From Chiloscyllium plagiosum (lineage: Eukaryota), in the NCBI RefSeq assembly GCF_004010195.1, contig NC_057749.1:24505346-24552847 (forward strand): a stretch of 47,502 nucleotides of DNA. The letters run 5' to 3'. How positions within the stretch are numbered: position 1 is the stretch's first letter; each line of letters starts with the position of its first letter. The position numbers and the translations under genes were made by a program. Shown here piece after piece: positions 1 to 13,335 of this stretch. Below the pieces are notes generated by a model. The model had not been told where the DNA came from and ran no database searches. It saw only the letters and a program-made list of their open reading frames with translations.

Positions 1-352
1 TCTATAATACAATCGCAATAAGGTGATCATCCCTTTCTTAGTTCTCAGTTCCATTCAAATAACTTCCCTGGATGTATTTCTGGGAATATCCTCCCTCAGC
101 ACAGCTGTAATGCTATCCCTTATCAAAAATGCCACTCCTCCTCCTCTCTTGCCTCCCTTTCTATCCTTCCTGTAGCATTTGTATCCTGGAACATTAAGCT
201 ACCAGTCCTGCCCATCCCTGAGCCATGTTTCTGTAATTGCTATGATATCCCAGTCCCATGTTCCTAACCATGCCCTGAGTTCATCTGCCCTCCCTGTTAG
301 GCCCCTTGCATTGAAATAAATGCAGTTTAGTTTATTAGTCCTACCTTGTCGC
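1..352 (-). mobile_element. CR1-clade LINE fragment, ORF2 AP-endonuclease N-terminus
   Basis: Translation LNCIYFNARGL...WDWDIIAITETWL (N-x-R-G-L and ETW motifs); same family as 5360-5700. Confidence 0.85.
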
Positions 353-1621
353 CTGAGAAACATGTTATGAACAGCGAGTGGTTTGGGATCTGAAATGTCC
401 TGTCTGTGGCAGAGGCAGAGTAAAGCGAGGCTTTCGGAAAGGAATTGCATCATTAGCTGGTTGGAGCAAGATTATAGAGCTACAGGGAAAACATGAGGTT
501 GTGCAACTAGATGAGCTGCTCTTGTAGAGAGCTGGCATGGACATGTAAGGCTGAACGGCCTCATTCTATGTTGCAATCATTCTATGATTTTACAATGTTT
601 CGTTCTAATAAATTTATATTTATTTGGCACCCTCAATGTAGTGAAACATTCCAGATAGAGAATGTTATAAAAGGACGTGTGACTCCAAGTCCGCTAAGGA
701 AGTATTGGGTCAGATTGTGAAAAACTTCAATAAGGAGACAGGATTCAAGAAATGTCTTAAAGGAGGAAAATGAGGGAGAGAGGGATGGGAACAGAATTGC
801 AGAGCTTGTGGACCTAGGCAACTGAAGACATACTGACCAATGGTGAAGCAATTATAATTGGGAAAGCTGCAGGGACCAGAATGAGACAGTCACTGATGTA
901 TCTGAGGGTGATGGGCTCGAGGAGGTTATAGAGTTAGGGAGAGGTAAAGCCATGGAGGGGACATTCGACAGAGATTTTTAAAGCTAAGACTTTGCTTGAT
1001 CAATGCAGGTCAGCAAACACGACAGTAAAAGCTTTCACATTATATGATATTATCTATCACAAATACTGGGCAGTTGGATGACCTGCATGTGCCAAAGGCT
1101 AGCAGTGTTTTACAGGAAGGAGAGAAGTTAAAGGCTTGGTGCTTTCAGTAGTTGAGGTAACTTGCAATTCAGTTGTCGGGATGGATTGATGTATTCCTGT
1201 CCAGAGCATGCAGCCATCCAGAATAGTTCGCTTCATGCACCAAATCCACATCCTGGAAGTGAAATACGAGCAGCGAGCTGCGATTAAATTCTCATTAATA
1301 GCACTGCACATTACTGTGAGACCTGAATTCCTCGCTGTAACTGATATGTGTTACATAACCGTGCTTATAATGTAATGTCAATGTTATTAATAACACAACA
1401 TGGGGGTGGATTCAAACAGATAAACAAATCCACTCGCCCTGACAGTGAACAAAAATCAGCACTGCCTAGGAATGCAGCATTTCCTCTGCCACCCCTCAGT
1501 GTCCCCAAACATCCCACCAAAGAGTATATAACATTGATGGCAACTGAAGTCTCATTGTCATTGAAAGCTAAACATGACAAGCCAGAACATTAGAGTAGAA
1601 AATGCTGGAGAAACTCAGCAG

Positions 1622-1908
1622 TTTAGATTAGATTCCCTACAGTGCGGAAACAGGCCCTTCGGCCCAACCAGTCCTCCAAAAATAACCCACCTCCCTCTGA
1701 CTAATGCATCAAGCACTATGGGCAATTTAACTTGGCCAATTCACCTAACTTGCACATTTTGGACTGTGGGAGGAAACTGGAGCCAACCCACATAGACATG
1801 GGGAGAATGTGCAAACTCCACACGGATAGATGCCTGAGGCTGGAATCAAACCTGGGACCCTGGTGCTATGAGGCAGCAGTGCTAACCACTAAGCCACTGC
1901 ACCACCCC
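1622..1908 (-). mobile_element. HE1-like tRNA-derived SINE
   Basis: Reverse complement of the GTGGTTAGCACTGCTGCCTCA...GGTTTGATTCC head (pol III A/B boxes) and a CR1-like tail with AATCT repeats. Confidence 0.8.
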
Positions 1909-3127
1909 ATCTTGCAGAGAGTGGAGAGAGATGATATGATCCTTCTTCAGAACTGAGCTGGTCTATCGCAGCCAATTGCTTTTCTTGGATCTACTATTTA
2001 GTTGAGGAGGCGTCCTCTCTGTAAAATGGATCACCAGCATGAAAGTGCGTTTCAAATTTCACAACCTCAGGAAGGTAAGAACAGGTTGAGGGGATGGGAA
2101 CTACAAAAGGCAGAAGGAGAGCTGCCTCATATCTCACCCAAAGGACAGCACCCCCTGACCATGAGGTTCCTTTAGGTACTACTGGCTCAGCACTATTTGT
2201 TCTCAAATCTCTGGAACAGAATTGTGAATCTGTAACCTTTGGATTCAAGACATGAATTATTTTCTACCCATGGCTAACACTTAGTCTGGGTTTCAAGAGA
2301 TTGGTAGGTTTTATTTTCCCACTTAAAAACTAGCAATTATTTTTAACAACAGTGTTTTTCTTATTGAAGTTGGTACGATTGTAGGATTGCAATCTTTGGA
2401 ATTCCTTCAAAACAAAAAACTCAATGCTTATCTAATTGCATTCTACATTGATAGTAAGAATAAGGCATTGGTAAATGAAGACCATTGCATGGCAACATTA
2501 AAATGAGAACGATTGTCTGGGCCAATCACTGACACGTCATAATATAAGTCCCCATAGACCCACTCTCTCATTAGGATCACCATACCTCAGGCTTGGGAAC
2601 AGGTAGAGAAGACCCTCTTCATGATAACCTCAGCCAGTGCGGGATTTGAACTCACATTGTTGGCATCACTCTGCATTGCAAAGCAGCAACTAGGTTAAAT
2701 CAGTCAGTGGAAAACTGTTTAAAAAATATTAGCTTGACCACAACAGTCCCTAACAATATGATACTTGATCACTCTCTGAGTCATTCCAATTATCCCAGGC
2801 AATTGCTACATAACGCTGACAATGTATCAGCATATGACTGTTGCTCCACAGACTGGTGGAATTGGTTAAGTGATAGTCCTGAACTATCCAGCTGTCTCTT
2901 TGAGATAACATATAACACAACTCCCTCACATACACTTTTTGCAATATCCAATATGCCATAGGATCAAACCTAGTGTGAGCTCAAATACAAAATTTAATCC
3001 CAAAAGTTGGGAATAAATATTTGAAGGTTTGTGGGGATATCAAAATCTATATTGGCTCATACCAAAACTCTGCTGGCTTTGTCAGTCCCCATCTAATAAC
3101 CTGTCCTCGAAAATAAACTTCAACATA

Positions 3128-3422
3128 GGGTGGCACAGTGGCTCAGTGGTTAGCACTGCTGCCTCACAGTGCCAGGAACCCAGGTTTGATTCCAGCCTTG
3201 GGTGACTGCGTGGAGCTTGCACATTCTCTCTGTCCTGTGGTCCAAAGATGTGCAGGTTAGGGTGAATTCGCCATGCTAACTTGCCCATAGAGTTCAGTGG
3301 TGTGTAGGTTAGGCATATTAGTCAGGGGTAAATGTAGGGGAATGAGTCTGGGTGGGTTACTCTTTGGTGGGTTGCTGTGGACTTGTTGGGCCAAAGGAAC
3401 TGTTTCCACACTCTAGGGATTC
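3128..3422 (+). mobile_element. HE1-like tRNA-derived SINE
   Basis: GGCACAGTGGCTCAGTGGTTAGCACTGCTGCCTCACAG head; GCTAACTTGCCC body; TGTTTCCACACT tail. Confidence 0.8.
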
Positions 3423-4467
3423 TTGGTAAAACATTCTGAAATCTTTCACAAATACGCACAAGGAAATGGACACCAAAACAAGGTGAGAGAAGTCAGTTGG
3501 AACCACGGACTTGAATATGTCATTTGAAGATGGAAAATTTTAGGGAGGCCTTCCAAAAGTTATGATGGATACAGTTGAACTCCTTTTTCCAGAAGAAAAA
3601 TTATTCAGAGAGTTAAAGTTATAGGAACAGGGTAAATCACTAAAGTGGTGCTTGTTCTGATGTGTGGCCATTGCAATGGAAATTGTTCATCAAACCCTAC
3701 CTTAATTATTCTCGTATCATCATTCCATTGTAGAGTCATACAACATGGAAACAGACCCTTTAGTCCAACTTGTCCATGCCAACCATTAGTGCTCCTCTCA
3801 GAGTCATGGCTGGACATGAACAAACTGTGGATAGGAAGATGATTGAAATTTTGAGTTAACCTTGATATATCACAAAAAGCAGCAATGACCAGTGTTGCTC
3901 TTTCAGGAGGGGATAAGGCGTGAGAGAAGTTGATGGTGAGGACGACTGATTTGAGAAACATGGATACCACATCCCAGATGAGAATGTTTGTACACATTAG
4001 CACCACAGACTAGCACTGTCTGCCATCTAAAGTGACAGCAAAGATGCTATGATAGCAGAGCCCTCCACCACCTCCCTCAGCATCACTACAAACATTATTT
4101 GGTCATTAGTTCATTTTTGTTTGCAGGTTGAAATGAGCAAAGTTGTTGCTGCATTTTCGAAAAATATATTTTTACTATGTCACTCCAGTAGCCTGTGAAG
4201 TACTTTGGAACATCTGGAGGTTGTGAGAGGCTCTCTATAATTGAATTTATAAAAATAGGGTTGAAGGCAAACTGTAGGTTATGGAATCAAGGCATGGAGA
4301 GAAGGAAGACTTCAGAAGTATCTTGGTTCTGATGCTCCTTTATACTTTGCTCCCAGTATTCTATGAAATGGAAATTAACGATTCTGCTTGATATTTTAAT
4401 CATGTGTGTATTTCGATATAAGCTTAAAAATATGTGTGAAAGGAGTGAGAAATAAATATGCACTTTA

Positions 4468-6160
4468 TAGTCATAGAGATGTACAGCAAGGAAACAGACC
4501 CTTCGGTCCAACCCATCCATGCCAGTCAGATATCACAACCTAATCTAGTCCCACCTGCCAGCACCAGACCCATATCCCTCCAAACCCTTCCTATTCATAT
4601 GCCCATGCAGATGCCTTCTAAATGTTGTAATTGTACCAGCCTCCACCACTTCCTCTGGTAGCTCATTCCATACACGCACCACCCTCTGCGTCAAAAAATT
4701 GCCCTTTAGGTCCCTTTTATATCTTTCCCCTCTCACCCTAAACCTATGCCCTCTAGTTCTGGACTCCCCGACCCCAAGGAAAAAACATTGTCTATTCACC
4801 CTATCCATGTCCCTCATGATTTTATTAACCTCTATGAGGTCACTCCTCAGCTTCCAAGGGAAACAGCCGCAGCCGATCCAGCCTCTCCCTATAGCTCAAA
4901 CCCATCAACCCTGGCAACATCCTTGTAAATCTATTTTGAACCCTTTCAAGTTTCACAATATCCTTCCAATAGGAAGGAGACAATAATTGAATGCAATATT
5001 CCAAAAGTGGCCTAACCAATGTCCTGTACAGCCGCAAAATGACCTCCCAACTTCTATACTCAATACTCTGACCAATAAAGGAAAGCATACCAAATGCCTT
5101 CTTCACTATCCTATCTACCTACAACTCTACATTCAAGGAGCTATGAATGAGCACTCCAAGGTCTCTTTGTTCAGCAACACTTCCTAGGACCTTACATACT
5201 GAATCAGAACAAATTCCTCTCCATCTAAACCCTCGACACTATGGCAGTCCCAGTCTATGTTTGGAAAGTTAAAATCCCCTACCAAAATCACCCTATTATT
5301 CTTACAGATAACTAAAATCTCCTTACAAATTTCTCAATTACCTGCTGACTACTGGAGGGGTCTATAATACAATCCCAATAAGGTGATGTCCCTTTCTTAT
5401 TTCTCAGTTCCACCCAAATATATTTCCGAGAATATCCTCCTTCAGTACAGCTGTAATACTATCCTTTATCAAAAACGCCACTCCCGTTTCTCTCTCACCT
5501 CCTTTTCTATCCTTCCTATAGCATTTGTATCCTCGAACATTAAGCTACCAGTCCTGTCCATTCCTGAGCCATATTTCTGTAATTGCTATGATATCACATA
5601 TCCCAGTCCCATGTTCCTAACCATGCCCTGAGTTCATCTGCCTTTCCTGTTAGGCCTCTTGTACTGAAATTAATGCAGTTTAATTATCAGTCCTACATTG
5701 TTCTCTTCTTTGTTCCTGTCTGCCCTGTTTGACTTGTTCCTTTTCTGCTCAGATTGATCTCTTTCCTCACTATCTCCCTGGGTCCTTACCCCCCCCCACC
5801 ACCTTACTAGTTTAAATCCTCCCGAGCAGCTTGAGCAAATCTCCCTGCCTGTATATTCGTCCTCTTCCAATTCAGGTGCAATCCACACTTCTTGTACAGG
5901 TCACTATACCCCAGAAGAGATTCCAATGATTTCAAAAATGTGAATCCTTCTCCCATACACCAGCTCCTCAGCCATGCATTCATCTGCTCTATCCTCCTAT
6001 TCCTACCCTCACTAGCTCATAGCACCAGAAGTAATCGAGATATTACTACACTCGAGGACCTCCTTTTTAAATTCCTGCCTTTTCTATGTTTTCCCTTCAG
6101 AATCTCATCCTTTTCTCTTCCTATGTCATTGGTACCAATGTGTACAATGACTTACTGCAC
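4468..6160 (-). mobile_element. CR1/HER1-type LINE, internally deleted (3' ORF2 tail 4468-5195 joined to endonuclease/ORF1 portion 5196-6160)
   Basis: LYRTLVRPLLEYC, LERVQNRFTRMLPG and QRVVRVWNELP C-terminal motifs; (CTATGA)-type tail at 4468; GDFNFPNIDW endonuclease motif at about 5250-5280. Confidence 0.88.
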
Positions 6161-6774
6161 TTCTTTAAGAGAAAATGGAACGGTTTCTTCTGCACAAGAA
6201 GAGATATCCTTTAACGTAAATGTGCCTTTGTGATCTCCTGTAAATCACAAGTACCTTTGTTATCTCCTCGAACAGTCTGAATTGTTTAAAGGGGTCACAT
6301 AGAAACTTTCAAGAGCTCATGACCACCCTCTTCATTTTACTTAGATTTGTGGCCTTAGACCATTTTATTACATCATAGCCATATAAACAAACTGTTTTTC
6401 TCCAACTTATCACCTTTCTAGCAGATTGCATAACTCAACAAAATTCACTACATGTTTCACTTTAAGTGGGGATACTCTTTGGTGGGTCGGTGTGGACTTG
6501 TTGGGCTGAATGGCCTGTTTCCACACTGTAGGGATTCGATGAATCTTCGTCCTGAAATTTATTTTAACTAGAGTCATTGCAGTAGATGAAATTTAATATT
6601 TTTTAAGGTGTATAATTTGTTTCACATTATACAAAACTTTAGGCCGTAACGAGACTTCTGACTTCTACTGAAGGGAAAAGCCAGTCAACCCTGTCTTATT
6701 ATCAAAGTTATACACAGACTAATTATTTTCTTAGATAACCTGGAGACTACGATAGAACATGTTCTTCTGTAGTA

Positions 6775-7190
6775 GTGGGCACTGCCTGGGCCTGCTCCAC
6801 CTCCAAATCCAAGACACACAACGACTAGAGGAAGAACACCTCATCTTCTGCCTTGGAATGCTTCAACCACACGGCATCAACATTGACTTCACTAGTTTCC
6901 AAATCTCCCCTACCCCCACCTCATCCCAGATCCAAATCTCCAATTCAGCACTGCCCTCTTGAGCTGTCCCACTTGTCCACTGACCTATCGCAATCACCCC
7001 CACCTACATCTACTTATTGTCTTCTCAGTTACCTTCCTCCCCCTGCCCCACCCTCCTATTTATCTCTCAGCACCCTTTCCAGTCATCACCTCTCCTGCTC
7101 CTTGGATGCTGTCTGACCTGCTGTGCTTTTCCAGCGCCACACTTTCCGACTCGGACTCTCCAGCATCTGCAATCCGCGCTTTCTCCTAAG
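6775..7190 (+). mobile_element. Penelope-like element 3' end (GIY-YIG endonuclease C-terminus plus terminal repeat sequence)
   Basis: Translation RLEEEHLIFCLGMLQPHGINIDF resembles the PLE C-terminal motif. It is followed by GATGCTGTCTGACCTGCTGTGCTTTTCCAGC, shared with 31120-31213. Confidence 0.75.
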
Positions 7191-8349
7191 CTTCAGCACC
7201 AAAACCACTAAGTTAAAGCTAGACTCCAAGCAGCCTTTGCCAAGAAAGGCCAATTCAGGACATGGCCAAACAGGCTAAGTATCAACTTGATAATCCTTCC
7301 AAGACACTCTACTGACCAGCACTGAGGGCACGAGATTCTTGGTCAGCCATATGCTGCTAAAGCATTGGTGCTTCCACCATTATGATCCAGGCTACCAAGT
7401 ACATGTAAAGTTACATTGTCATAGCAACCCTGACTCTTTGGGCAGGCTGGGTGACTCAGTTGGCTGGATAGAAAGTGGGTCAACTCGGTGTTACAAGAAC
7501 ATGATTCAATCCCAGTTCCACTTGGGATGAGTTCACGACCCTTCTCTTTGCCCTACCCAAGGTAGAGACTGGCTAGCGGAATGATGCTTGACCAGAAAAC
7601 AATCTGCAAAGCAAATCCAAAAACAGGTGATAGCTATTAGCTAAGCGGCATAGACTTAGGTTAAGGTGGTAGAAAAATCAAACTCTCTGCCTGGAAGAGC
7701 GGTGGGGGCTGAAACACATCTAAATTCTACAATCACTAGGACAAGTACTGGAAATTGGGATTAGAATAATTAGAGGTTGTCTTTGACATGATATCTGCAG
7801 CACAAGCCTTCAGCCTTGCTATGGAAATTACTTAAACACAAGACACTAACTATGACTGGCTCAAACATGAATATCATACCTCTGTTGGTCAGAATAAACC
7901 CTGAAAGTGGGACTAATATACTAAAGCAGCTGAATGCTAATCACCCTTGTATTCGCATAGTTAGAGCTCCTAAATATTGAAGTATTTGTTTAGTCTAGTT
8001 AACTTCACTGTTGTATCAAGTAGCATGGAAATGGGAGTAGAAACAGTATCATTCTGCGACAATTATCCGGAAGGGAATCTATGATGACACTTTGTCATCA
8101 CATACACAGCGCTTTTTAACGCATAGTCCATTCAAATTGCACAATGTACTGTTTTTGCCACGGGACATGTACTGAGGCTGTCATATGCATGCACTATAAC
8201 AGAATTAATCCCTTGATAATCATACAGTTTCAAAGATCACTTGCGTGTTCAATTATAACTATCCTTTTTTTGTGAAAATGTGTAAGAAAATGTCAAATTA
8301 AACTATTCACTTGTTCTATTCTTGCATTTTAGCTGTTTTTAAATTGTGT

Positions 8350-8520
8350 GTGGAGGAGGCTGGTACAATTACAAACATTTAAAAGGCACCTGGATGGGTA
8401 TATGAATAGAAAGGGTTTAGAGGGATATGGACCAAATGTTAGGAAATGGGACTAGGTCAGATTGGGATGTCAGGCCAGTGCAGAGGAGTTGGACCAAAAG
8501 GTCTGTTTCCAAGCTGTTGC
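8350..8520 (+). mobile_element. CR1 LINE 3' tail fragment
   Basis: Reverse-complement match to 4500-4650 (GGAGGCTGGTACAATTACA...GAGGGATATGG). Confidence 0.75.
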
Positions 8521-8554
8521 CTGAAATCAAAACAGCTTTCGAGCAACACAGTGG

Positions 8555-8780
8555 CTGTATGGAGCTTGCACATTCTCCCCACATCTATGGTTTCCTCCGG
8601 GTGCTCCAGTTTCCTCCCAGTCTAAAGGTTAGGTGGATTGGCTATGCTAAATTGTCCAGGGATGTGCAGCATAGGTGGAGGAGCCCATGGGGAATGCAGG
8701 GATCTGGATGTGATGCTCCTTGGTAGGTCAGTGTGGACTCTATGGGCTGAATGGTCTGGCTCAATGCTGTAGGGACTCTG
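8555..8780 (+). mobile_element. HE1-like SINE, 5'-truncated
   Basis: GGAGCTTGCACATTCTCCCC...GGTTTCCTCCGGGTGCTCC...GCTAAATTG body matches the 22792 copy. Confidence 0.7.
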
Positions 8781-11424
8781 ACTCAGGATTTCATCCTGTC
8801 CATTATGCTAGTGGTAACATTGGCCAATTTTTGGCAGGGTCAGTCAAGATATATTATGGAGCTGAAGATACTGGCAGCCTTACCCATAGACCAACTCAAC
8901 AAATGGAAAAAGAACTTAAGGCAGAACCAGAAATTGTACCACTTGTCATGTGATCACTTTAATGTTCTTGAGAGATTTAAACTTTGGGCTGACTACTGCA
9001 GTTTTTCAACAAGAGACACTGAACTCATGCACTGTTCCCCTCTTCAATACCCACTTTAGGAGAGGCTAATACCTTCACTGAAGCAGCAGTGTTTGTACAG
9101 ATGTATCATGATCCCAAATTGTTGGCAATTTTGCAGTGAGTGGTACCATTCACAATTTCGTTTTTAATGGAAAAAAATCTGTGCCAGACTACAAATTCTT
9201 AATGAAGATTAGTGTCTAGTCCGACAAGAGGAAGGTAATTTCACCCATGCAGGTAACCACCATATTGAACAGCAGAAAATACATTACAGAAAGAGCCCCT
9301 TCAGCCATTAGACCTGTGCCTGTCAAAATTCACTACAGTATCCAATTATTCCAATCCCATTTTCTAGCACTTGGCGCATAACCTTGTATGCAAGTGTATA
9401 TCTAGATACTTAGTTCAGAGGTTCTGCCTCTATCATCATTAAACATCAAATGGCGCATCACTGACATCTCAACCTTTCTCACCATCTGTAAGACTCAAAT
9501 GACTGACTGAATACTCACCTCAATGTGCAGCCACAGCATGAAGTATGATAACTGAACATATAAACACCTGAATGTCTTTTAACATTAGATAAAATATTTT
9601 CCACTGGCTTAATTAGACCATAATGTCAGATCTGCAGAATACACACCAACTGCTATGACCTTATGTAAAACAAGAATAGCAATTGTTTACATATGCCATC
9701 ACATCCAAGTCACATTCACCTGATTTGCATGCAATCATGCTATATGGTCATTGTATCCAAATCCTCACATTCCCTTCCTAAAACCAGTCTGGCATAACCA
9801 CAGTCTTAAACCAAACTGGTTAAGACAACTTCTCTCAAAATGGCCATGAGCAATAAAGTCAGTTTCACCCACATTGACAACATCCCTAGAATAATGCATG
9901 GCCATTGATTAAAGACTGCACCCAATTTTGTAGAACCTTTACATTTATCTTAGTCATTCACTAAATTGGATGTGAAGTATATTCCACATTCGTGCAGCAA
10001 AAGGATGGACATTTACTTTCCAGTAATGCAAGATCCAAAAACAGAATGTGGGAATAGGCCAGATAGCCTATCAAGCCTGCTCCACCATTTTGTAAAACTA
10101 TTCATTTGACATCAAATCTGACTTGGCTTTGATAGATATTCAATGACCCTAGCCTCTCCTAATCTTTGCAGAGGACAATGTCAAAGCCTTAAACAAAATC
10201 CTTGTTTCTATTAAATGGAAAGTCATTTATTTATTAACTGTATCTCAGTTTAGTTTCCACAAGGGAAACATCTTCTCAATCTTACATTTCAGTAAGATCA
10301 CTATCTCCTGTTCTGAACTTTAACAAGTACAGGGCCAATCATTCTCCCCAAGTCATCTAGGCCAGAAACCAGCCCAGTAAACTTTCACTTCCCTGTTTCT
10401 AATGCAACTACACCCTAGAGTAAGGAAACAAAATTGCACAAAATGCTCTACATTAAGTCCTCCATTTTTAGCAAAGTGCCATACTTTTAACACTGGGACC
10501 TCTTCAATAAAGGCCTGTATTGCATTTACATTCCCAATTACATGTGCATGCTAACACTGATTCACGTACTAGATTAATCAGTACTGTCTCATTCTGTAGT
10601 GACTAATTAAATATCGCTTTTCTATTCTTGCTGCCAAAGCAGAGGACATCAACTTTGTGCTCCTTGCTTCAGATCAGAAGAAAATCTTCATACCAGCCTG
10701 TGTATTTCTTCAAAAGGAATGAGCCTGGAGATTAAAACATGATTATAGTTTTTGTGAAATGTCTGCTGAGAGATTCTGCTTAAACATTTTAAATGCAAGC
10801 CTTTTATTCTGAACCACTCAAGCTTATACAATGAATCATCCCTACACTTCCTTTGCTTACTGTTGAGATGTAATGACAAATGCAGATGTTACAACCTCTT
10901 AACATCAAGAGTCAGATTTCAAAGTAAGTTTATCATGCATAAAGCTTGTATATCATTAGAATATAATAATCTATTGGTTGCAGCAGTCCAAATGACTTCA
11001 AGATCACTTATGAACAGAAGCTGAATTGGTAAAGAGGGCAGTTACAACAGAATTAAAGACAAAAAATAAACTGTAGATGCTGGAATCCTGTCCAAAATAG
11101 ACAAGCAGGGGGCTGGAAGAACACAGCAAGCCAGGCAGCATCAGGTGGTGGAGAGGTCCCTTCTTCAGTTCACCTGACTATTCAGAATCCAGATTCACTT
11201 AGATAATCTGAATTACTTGAACAGAAACATTTAAATGAGAAGCGGGATGAAGGCACATTTGGGAAAAGAGCACAATCCTAATGGACGACTGGACATTTCC
11301 ATTGTTGTAAAATTCTGGAAAGCAATTGAGGGAAGAACTGCTTTTGTGACTCTGGGTGGTGTATCAAATCAGGCAAAAACATCTTCCCAGAAAAACTATT
11401 CAACACAGGGTAAATTTGAAATAC

Positions 11425-11430
11425 TTTAAT
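11425..11430 (-). terminator. Candidate proximal polyadenylation signal ATTAAA (3' UTR about 400 nt); possible distal AATAAA at 10808-10803
   Basis: Minus-strand ATTAAA with upstream U-rich/UGUA sequence and downstream TGTGTT/TTTTT elements. Confidence 0.5.
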
Positions 11431-11807
11431 TTTTTAAACAGCTTTCTAGAAGTTACATAAAAACACAATGTGAAAGGAATTCACAGGCTTAACATTTTCT
11501 GTAAACAGCAATGACAAATAGTCACACAGTTCAAGAAACAAATGACAAAAAAACCTTGACAAATTTGTAATTCGAGACAAACTATTCCTGCTCAGTATCA
11601 ATCTATGAAGCTGAATTCAGCCCAGATTGCCTAAAGAACATCTAGGCAAGATGATCAAATTTTGCTTACGCAAAAGACAATGAAAATCTGCACCTTTTAC
11701 AGGCCATAGCTATGGGTATTACACAGCATTTATACTAAGGACTACCCTCTCCCACCAGAGCTACAATTAAAAAGTGGGAAACAGTAAAGTGTCCCTTGAT
11801 GTGGTTG

Positions 11808-11935
11808 CTACTCCTCAGATGAAGACTGGTCAATGGAGTACACCATGAACAGCACATCAGGCCGAGCTGGAACCGAGGGATGGCCTGGTCTCACAATCTC
11901 AAAGCCCATGAAGCTGAATGTCCTCAGAAGCAAGG
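11808..11935 (-). CDS. OAZ2: Antizyme exon 5 coding part (ALLLRTFSFMGFEIVRPGHPSVPARPDVLFMVYSIDQSSSEE*). Full protein is 187 aa from AUG2 or 213 aa from AUG1
   Basis: Poly-T tract plus acAG acceptor at 11936; FSFxGFEIVRPGHP antizyme signature; RPDVxFMVY is OAZ2-type; TAG at 11810-11808. Confidence 0.96.
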
Positions 11936-12063
11936 CTGTCCAGACAGGAAAAAAAAAAACAGAATCCAACATCAGTTAACATACTTTCACCAGTTACCAA
12001 TTTGTATCAGGTGACTAGTTTATCGACCAAAGCATTTTACAGAATTCAAATCATGCACTTTGA

Positions 12064-12290
12064 TGCTGTGGTTCTGTTCGCCGAGCTGGAAGTTTTTGTT
12101 GCAAATGTTTCGTCCCCTGTCTAGGTGGTACAAATGCCGGAGGAGATATCACAGAAGCGCTTCACAGGAGGCTCCCAAGCACTGAGGATGTCACCTAGAC
12201 AGGGGACGAAACGTTTGCAACAAAAACTTCCAGCTCGGCGAACAGAACCACAGCAACGAGCACCCGAGCTACAAATTTTCTCACAAACTG
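12064..12290 (+). mobile_element. Penelope-like terminal fragment with 64-bp inverted repeat (12064-12127 / 12192-12255) and hammerhead-like core, in antizyme intron 4
   Basis: Arms are reverse complements with one mismatch; CTGAGGA (12182-12188)...GAAACGTT (12208-12215). Confidence 0.7.
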
Positions 12291-13249
12291 AACATTTACT
12301 TTGTTGTTTCAGAAAATGACCTATGAAATCCCCACTGTTTCGTCTGCCCGACAGTTTTTCTTCACTACTCCCTCCATTCTCACTTTTAGTTCAGTCCAAC
12401 TTGCTGATGTAATTTCATAGTCCTAAAAATGAAGTGAACTTTTCACAGATAATGAACTTTCAGTACAGTAATGAATATACAGCCTCATTATTAACTGAAA
12501 CTGATCTGGTTGTATGCCACAAGATACATACTTAGTTTTCAACCTAATGGCTTTCCAATGGAGAAAATCTCAATCAACAGAATGCTCAGTGTATATTTAT
12601 ACTCCATTCACTTTGGATAACCAGTAACTGTTACCCAAATGCCTTTACAGATTCACATTGTATGGGGATTACACTAAATTACTGAGAAAATGGTCCATAC
12701 ATTTTATCAACCGTCTGGATTTTTAAATCTGTAGCTGGCAGAGAACATTAATTCCTTGTATTAGCATTTTAACAAGAGCAGTCAATAGTGGATCTTGGTT
12801 TGATACTCCTCCCACTCAGATACTGCTCCTTGAGAGCCACTAGAACAAAGAGCAAATGCAACATCAAACCAGGCTGAAATCTGCCATGTCTGAGAACACT
12901 ACAAAAGGGAGTGGAATGATTCCAGTGGTGTTGTTTCTGACACTATACAGCTCACCAGCACTTGGCAATCCAAGTGGACCATAACACACTGTTGGAGACT
13001 GCAACAACCTATCAGAGAAGGGCCAGGTAATTAAGCCACCAAGCTTTTAGTAAAGGAATATTACCCAAATGTAACGATTCAGTTTGAAGACGACAGCAAG
13101 GGGGAAGTATTTTCCCTGGAGTTGTCTTTTCAACCGAGGGTCACAGTTGGAACTGGATCAGCATGTTAACGCTTGGAAGTGGCCTTGCATCCAGACTGAA
13201 CTAGAACTGAATCTACGATAGAATTGCAAACTGTGCACAAAGTTCTTAC

Positions 13250-13335
13250 CTCGATCCTCTCTGTTTTTGTAGAAGCAGACAAATACATATTCCACCTTCA
13301 GTTTCTCCTCAGCAAATTCTAGCAGCGCTGTTAAC
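13250..13335 (-). CDS. OAZ2: Antizyme exon 4 ([28 protein letters not shown])
   Basis: Acceptor ggcAG at 13336, donor GTAAGA at 13249; 86 nt. ALLEFAEE and CFxKxREDR are conserved antizyme motifs. Confidence 0.96.

Noticed and set aside
1..352. Segmental duplication with 5360-5700
   Set aside because: Similarity is limited to CR1 endonuclease sequence and is explained by two copies of one family.
1208..1375. EQRAAIKF peptide resembling a mariner transposase N-terminus
   Set aside because: Eight-residue match only; no further transposase sequence or terminal inverted repeats.
8720..9059. Overlapping plus-strand ORFs as a coding exon
   Set aside because: They start inside a SINE, show no recognisable homology and have no supporting exons.
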